NCBI GenBank assembly: GCA_043800755.1
Contig: JAZDMQ010000002.1
Span: forward strand, 1-16,221
Direction: 5' to 3'
Source of the DNA: a bacterium
GTDB taxonomy: Bacteria; Methylomirabilota; Methylomirabilia; CAVQYV01
DNA: 16,221 nucleotides
The position numbers and the translations under genes are program-made. Positions 14,365 through 16,221 of the stretch are shown piece by piece (within the stretch, counting starts at the first letter, position 1; each line of letters opens with the position of its first letter). The notes beneath the pieces were generated by a model. The model did not search any database, was not told the DNA's origin, and saw nothing but the letters and a program-made list of their open reading frames with translations.

Positions 14365-14413
14365 CCTGCGGCAGGGCGTTCCCCGGGCAGTTCCCGAAAA
14401 CGCCCTGCCGAGG
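14365..14413 (+). other. GC-rich stem-loop between dctP and dctQ (no U tail; likely mRNA-stability element)
   Basis: CGGCAGGGCGTT (14369-14380) with AACGCCCTGCCG (14399-14410) is a perfect 12-bp inverted repeat, with additional CGGG/CCCG and CCT/AGG pairs. Confidence 0.55.
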
Positions 14414-14443
14414 CATTCGCAGAAAGAAACATACGGGCTTGGT

Positions 14444-14947
14444 ATGGAACGAAAAGATGGCTTCATGGAATCTCTTGATACGCACCTGAACCGGTTCTTC
14501 ATGATCATCGGCGGGGTGGCAATCCTGAGCTTGATGGCCCTGGCGACGGGGAATGTGCTTCTGCGAATCTTTCACCTGCCCTACGGTGGCGCTTACGAAA
14601 TCACCTCGTTCCTGGGCGCCGTCGTGATCGCCTCGGCCCTGGGTTACACCCAGAAGAACAAGGACCACATCACCGTCGACCTCATCACCGAGAAATACTC
14701 AAGGAAAGCCCTTATGCTGGTGGAGCTTCTCGCCTCTTTGGTCATGGCCTCCTTCTTCGCCGTCGTGTCCTGGCGGATCTTCGTCTGGGGCATGAAGATC
14801 TGGGAATCGGGGGAGGTCTCCGAGACCCTGAAGTTCATCTATCATCCCTTCGTGTTTTTCGTGGCCGTCGGTTTTGGCATGGCTTTTCTTTCCGCAATTC
14901 TTGGGGTCTTCAGACAGATCTCGAACCTGAGGGTGAAGGGTCTATGA
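14444..14947 (+). CDS. dctQ: TRAP transporter small permease (DctQ)
   Basis: Four hydrophobic helices, NVLLR...P..GAYEI, LGYTQ....HITVDL and E.SETL motifs; lies between dctP and dctM. Start is 14444 or 14465. Confidence 0.9.
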   Translation: MERKDGFMESLDTHLNRFFMIIGGVAILSLMALATGNVLLRIFHLPYGGAYEITSFLGAVVIASALGYTQKNKDHITVDLITEKYSRKALMLVELLASLVMASFFAVVSWRIFVWGMKIWESGEVSETLKFIYHPFVFFVAVGFGMAFLSAILGVFRQISNLRVKGL

Positions 14948-16221
14948 GCGTCAGCGGTCCGATGGTCGGCGTCTTGGGGATCGTTGTCATGTTCGCAGCC
15001 CTTCTGCTCTTCAGGATGCCCGCGGGATACACCATGGCCGTGGTGGGGTTTCTGGGTATGGCCTACGTGACGGGCTTCCAGGCGGCCCTCGGGATGATCG
15101 GGGCGGAGTTGTGGAACATCTTTTCGAATTACGGCCTGACGGTCATCCCCATGTTCATCCTGGTGGGGGAATTCATCCACTATGCGCGGTATAACGACAC
15201 CCTCTATCAGGCGACCTACCGCTGGTTCGGCCATTTCAGAGGAGGGCTGGCGCTCACGACCATCATGGCCTCGGCGGCCTTCTCGGCCATCAGCGGTTCC
15301 AACACGGCCACCGCAGCAACGATGAGCACGGTGGCCATCCCGGCCATGAAGAAATACAACTACCATCCGATTCTCAGCGCGGGGTCTGTGGCGGCCGGCT
15401 CGACCCTGGGGGTTCTCATCCCCCCGAGCATTGTTTTGGTCGTCTACGGGGTCTACACCGGGCAGTCCATCGGAAAGCTTTTCTTCGGGAATGTGATTCC
15501 CAGCGTCATCCTGACGACCCTCATCGCTGCCACGGTCTTTTTTATCTGCTTCCGCCATCCCGACTGGGGCCCCAAGGGTCCCAAGAGCACTTGGAGAGAA
15601 CGGTTCAAGGCCCTGGGCGAAGCCTTTGACATCCTCCTTCTTTTTTCGATCATCATGTACGCCCTCTTCACCGGGGTGGTGACGGCCACGGAGGCAGCAG
15701 CCGCAAGCTGCTCCCTGGGGCTTCTCATCTGCATGCTGCGAAGGAAGCTCACCTGGAAGGGCTTTATCGACTCCATTGCGGAAACGCTCCGGATCTCCTG
15801 CATGGTCTTTATCATCGTGGCCGGGGCCGTGGTTTTCGGAAGGTTTCTCACGGTCACCCGTCTTCCCTACGAGGCGGCTTCCTGGATCGGGTCCCTGGCG
15901 ATGCCCAACTGGATGACGCTTTGGATGATCCTGCTCTGCTACATCATCGGCGGGTGTATCATGGACGCGCTGGCCTTCCTGCTCGTCTCCCTGCCTATCT
16001 TCTTCCCGATGGTCATCAAGATGGGCTGCGATCCCATCTGGTTCGGGCAGATCATCACCATCGTCACCACCATGGGCTCTATCATGCCGCCCATCGGCAT
16101 CTGTAGTTACGTGATTCACGGGATGGCCAGGGATATCCCGCTGACAACGGTCTTCAGGGGAGGGATGTATTACATCCCGTCGTATCTCATTTCCATTCTG
16201 TTCCTGATGATCTCCCCTTAC
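14944..16221 (+). CDS. dctM: TRAP transporter large permease (DctM), 3' end beyond window
   Basis: Not in the ORF track because there is no stop in the window. ATG overlaps the dctQ stop (ATGA). Hand translation: MSVSGPMVGVLGIVVMFAALLLFRMP..., LTVIPMFILVGE, FSAISGSNTATAATM, AAGSTLGVLIPPSIVLVVYG, GVVTATEAAA, MGSIMPPIG. Confidence 0.93.
   Translation, partial: MSVSGPMVGVLGIVVMFAALLLFRMPAGYTMAVVGFLGMAYVTGFQAALGMIGAELWNIFSNYGLTVIPMFILVGEFIHYARYNDTLYQATYRWFGHFRGGLALTTIMASAAFSAISGSNTATAATMSTVAIPAMKKYNYHPILSAGSVAAGSTLGVLIPPSIVLVVYGVYTGQSIGKLFFGNVIPSVILTTLIAATVFFICFRHPDWGPKGPKSTWRERFKALGEAFDILLLFSIIMYALFTGVVTATEAAAASCSLGLLICMLRRKLTWKGFIDSIAETLRISCMVFIIVAGAVVFGRFLTVTRLPYEAASWIGSLAMPNWMTLWMILLCYIIGGCIMDALAFLLVSLPIFFPMVIKMGCDPIWFGQIITIVTTMGSIMPPIGICSYVIHGMARDIPLTTVFRGGMYYIPSYLISILFLMISPY

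Noticed and set aside
1..16221. CRISPR array, IS element or rRNA
   Set aside because: No regularly spaced repeats, transposase motifs or rRNA-like sequence were seen.

Overview
GC-rich bacterial window, probably from an anaerobe (the right half resembles Deltaproteobacteria-type genes, but lineage cannot be fixed from sequence alone). Left block: a partial divergent cupin gene, then glyQ, a LarA-family nickel-pincer enzyme with its own promoter and terminator-like hairpin, glyS, an MFS transporter, ppdK and tRNA-Val(CAC). Right block: an arylacetate (PaaK-family) CoA ligase, then a promoter and a previously unannotated 26-codon Trp-rich leader peptide (…SWCWRW…). The leader has a complete 1:2 / 2:3 / 3:4 set of attenuator hairpins and precedes iorA-iorB (indolepyruvate:ferredoxin oxidoreductase) and a TRAP transporter (dctP-dctQ-dctM, the last running off the window). 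The main finding is this trpL-like attenuator on an IOR/TRAP operon. It implies induction by tryptophan starvation and so, by inference, an anabolic route: indole-3-acetate uptake, CoA activation, reductive carboxylation, Trp.
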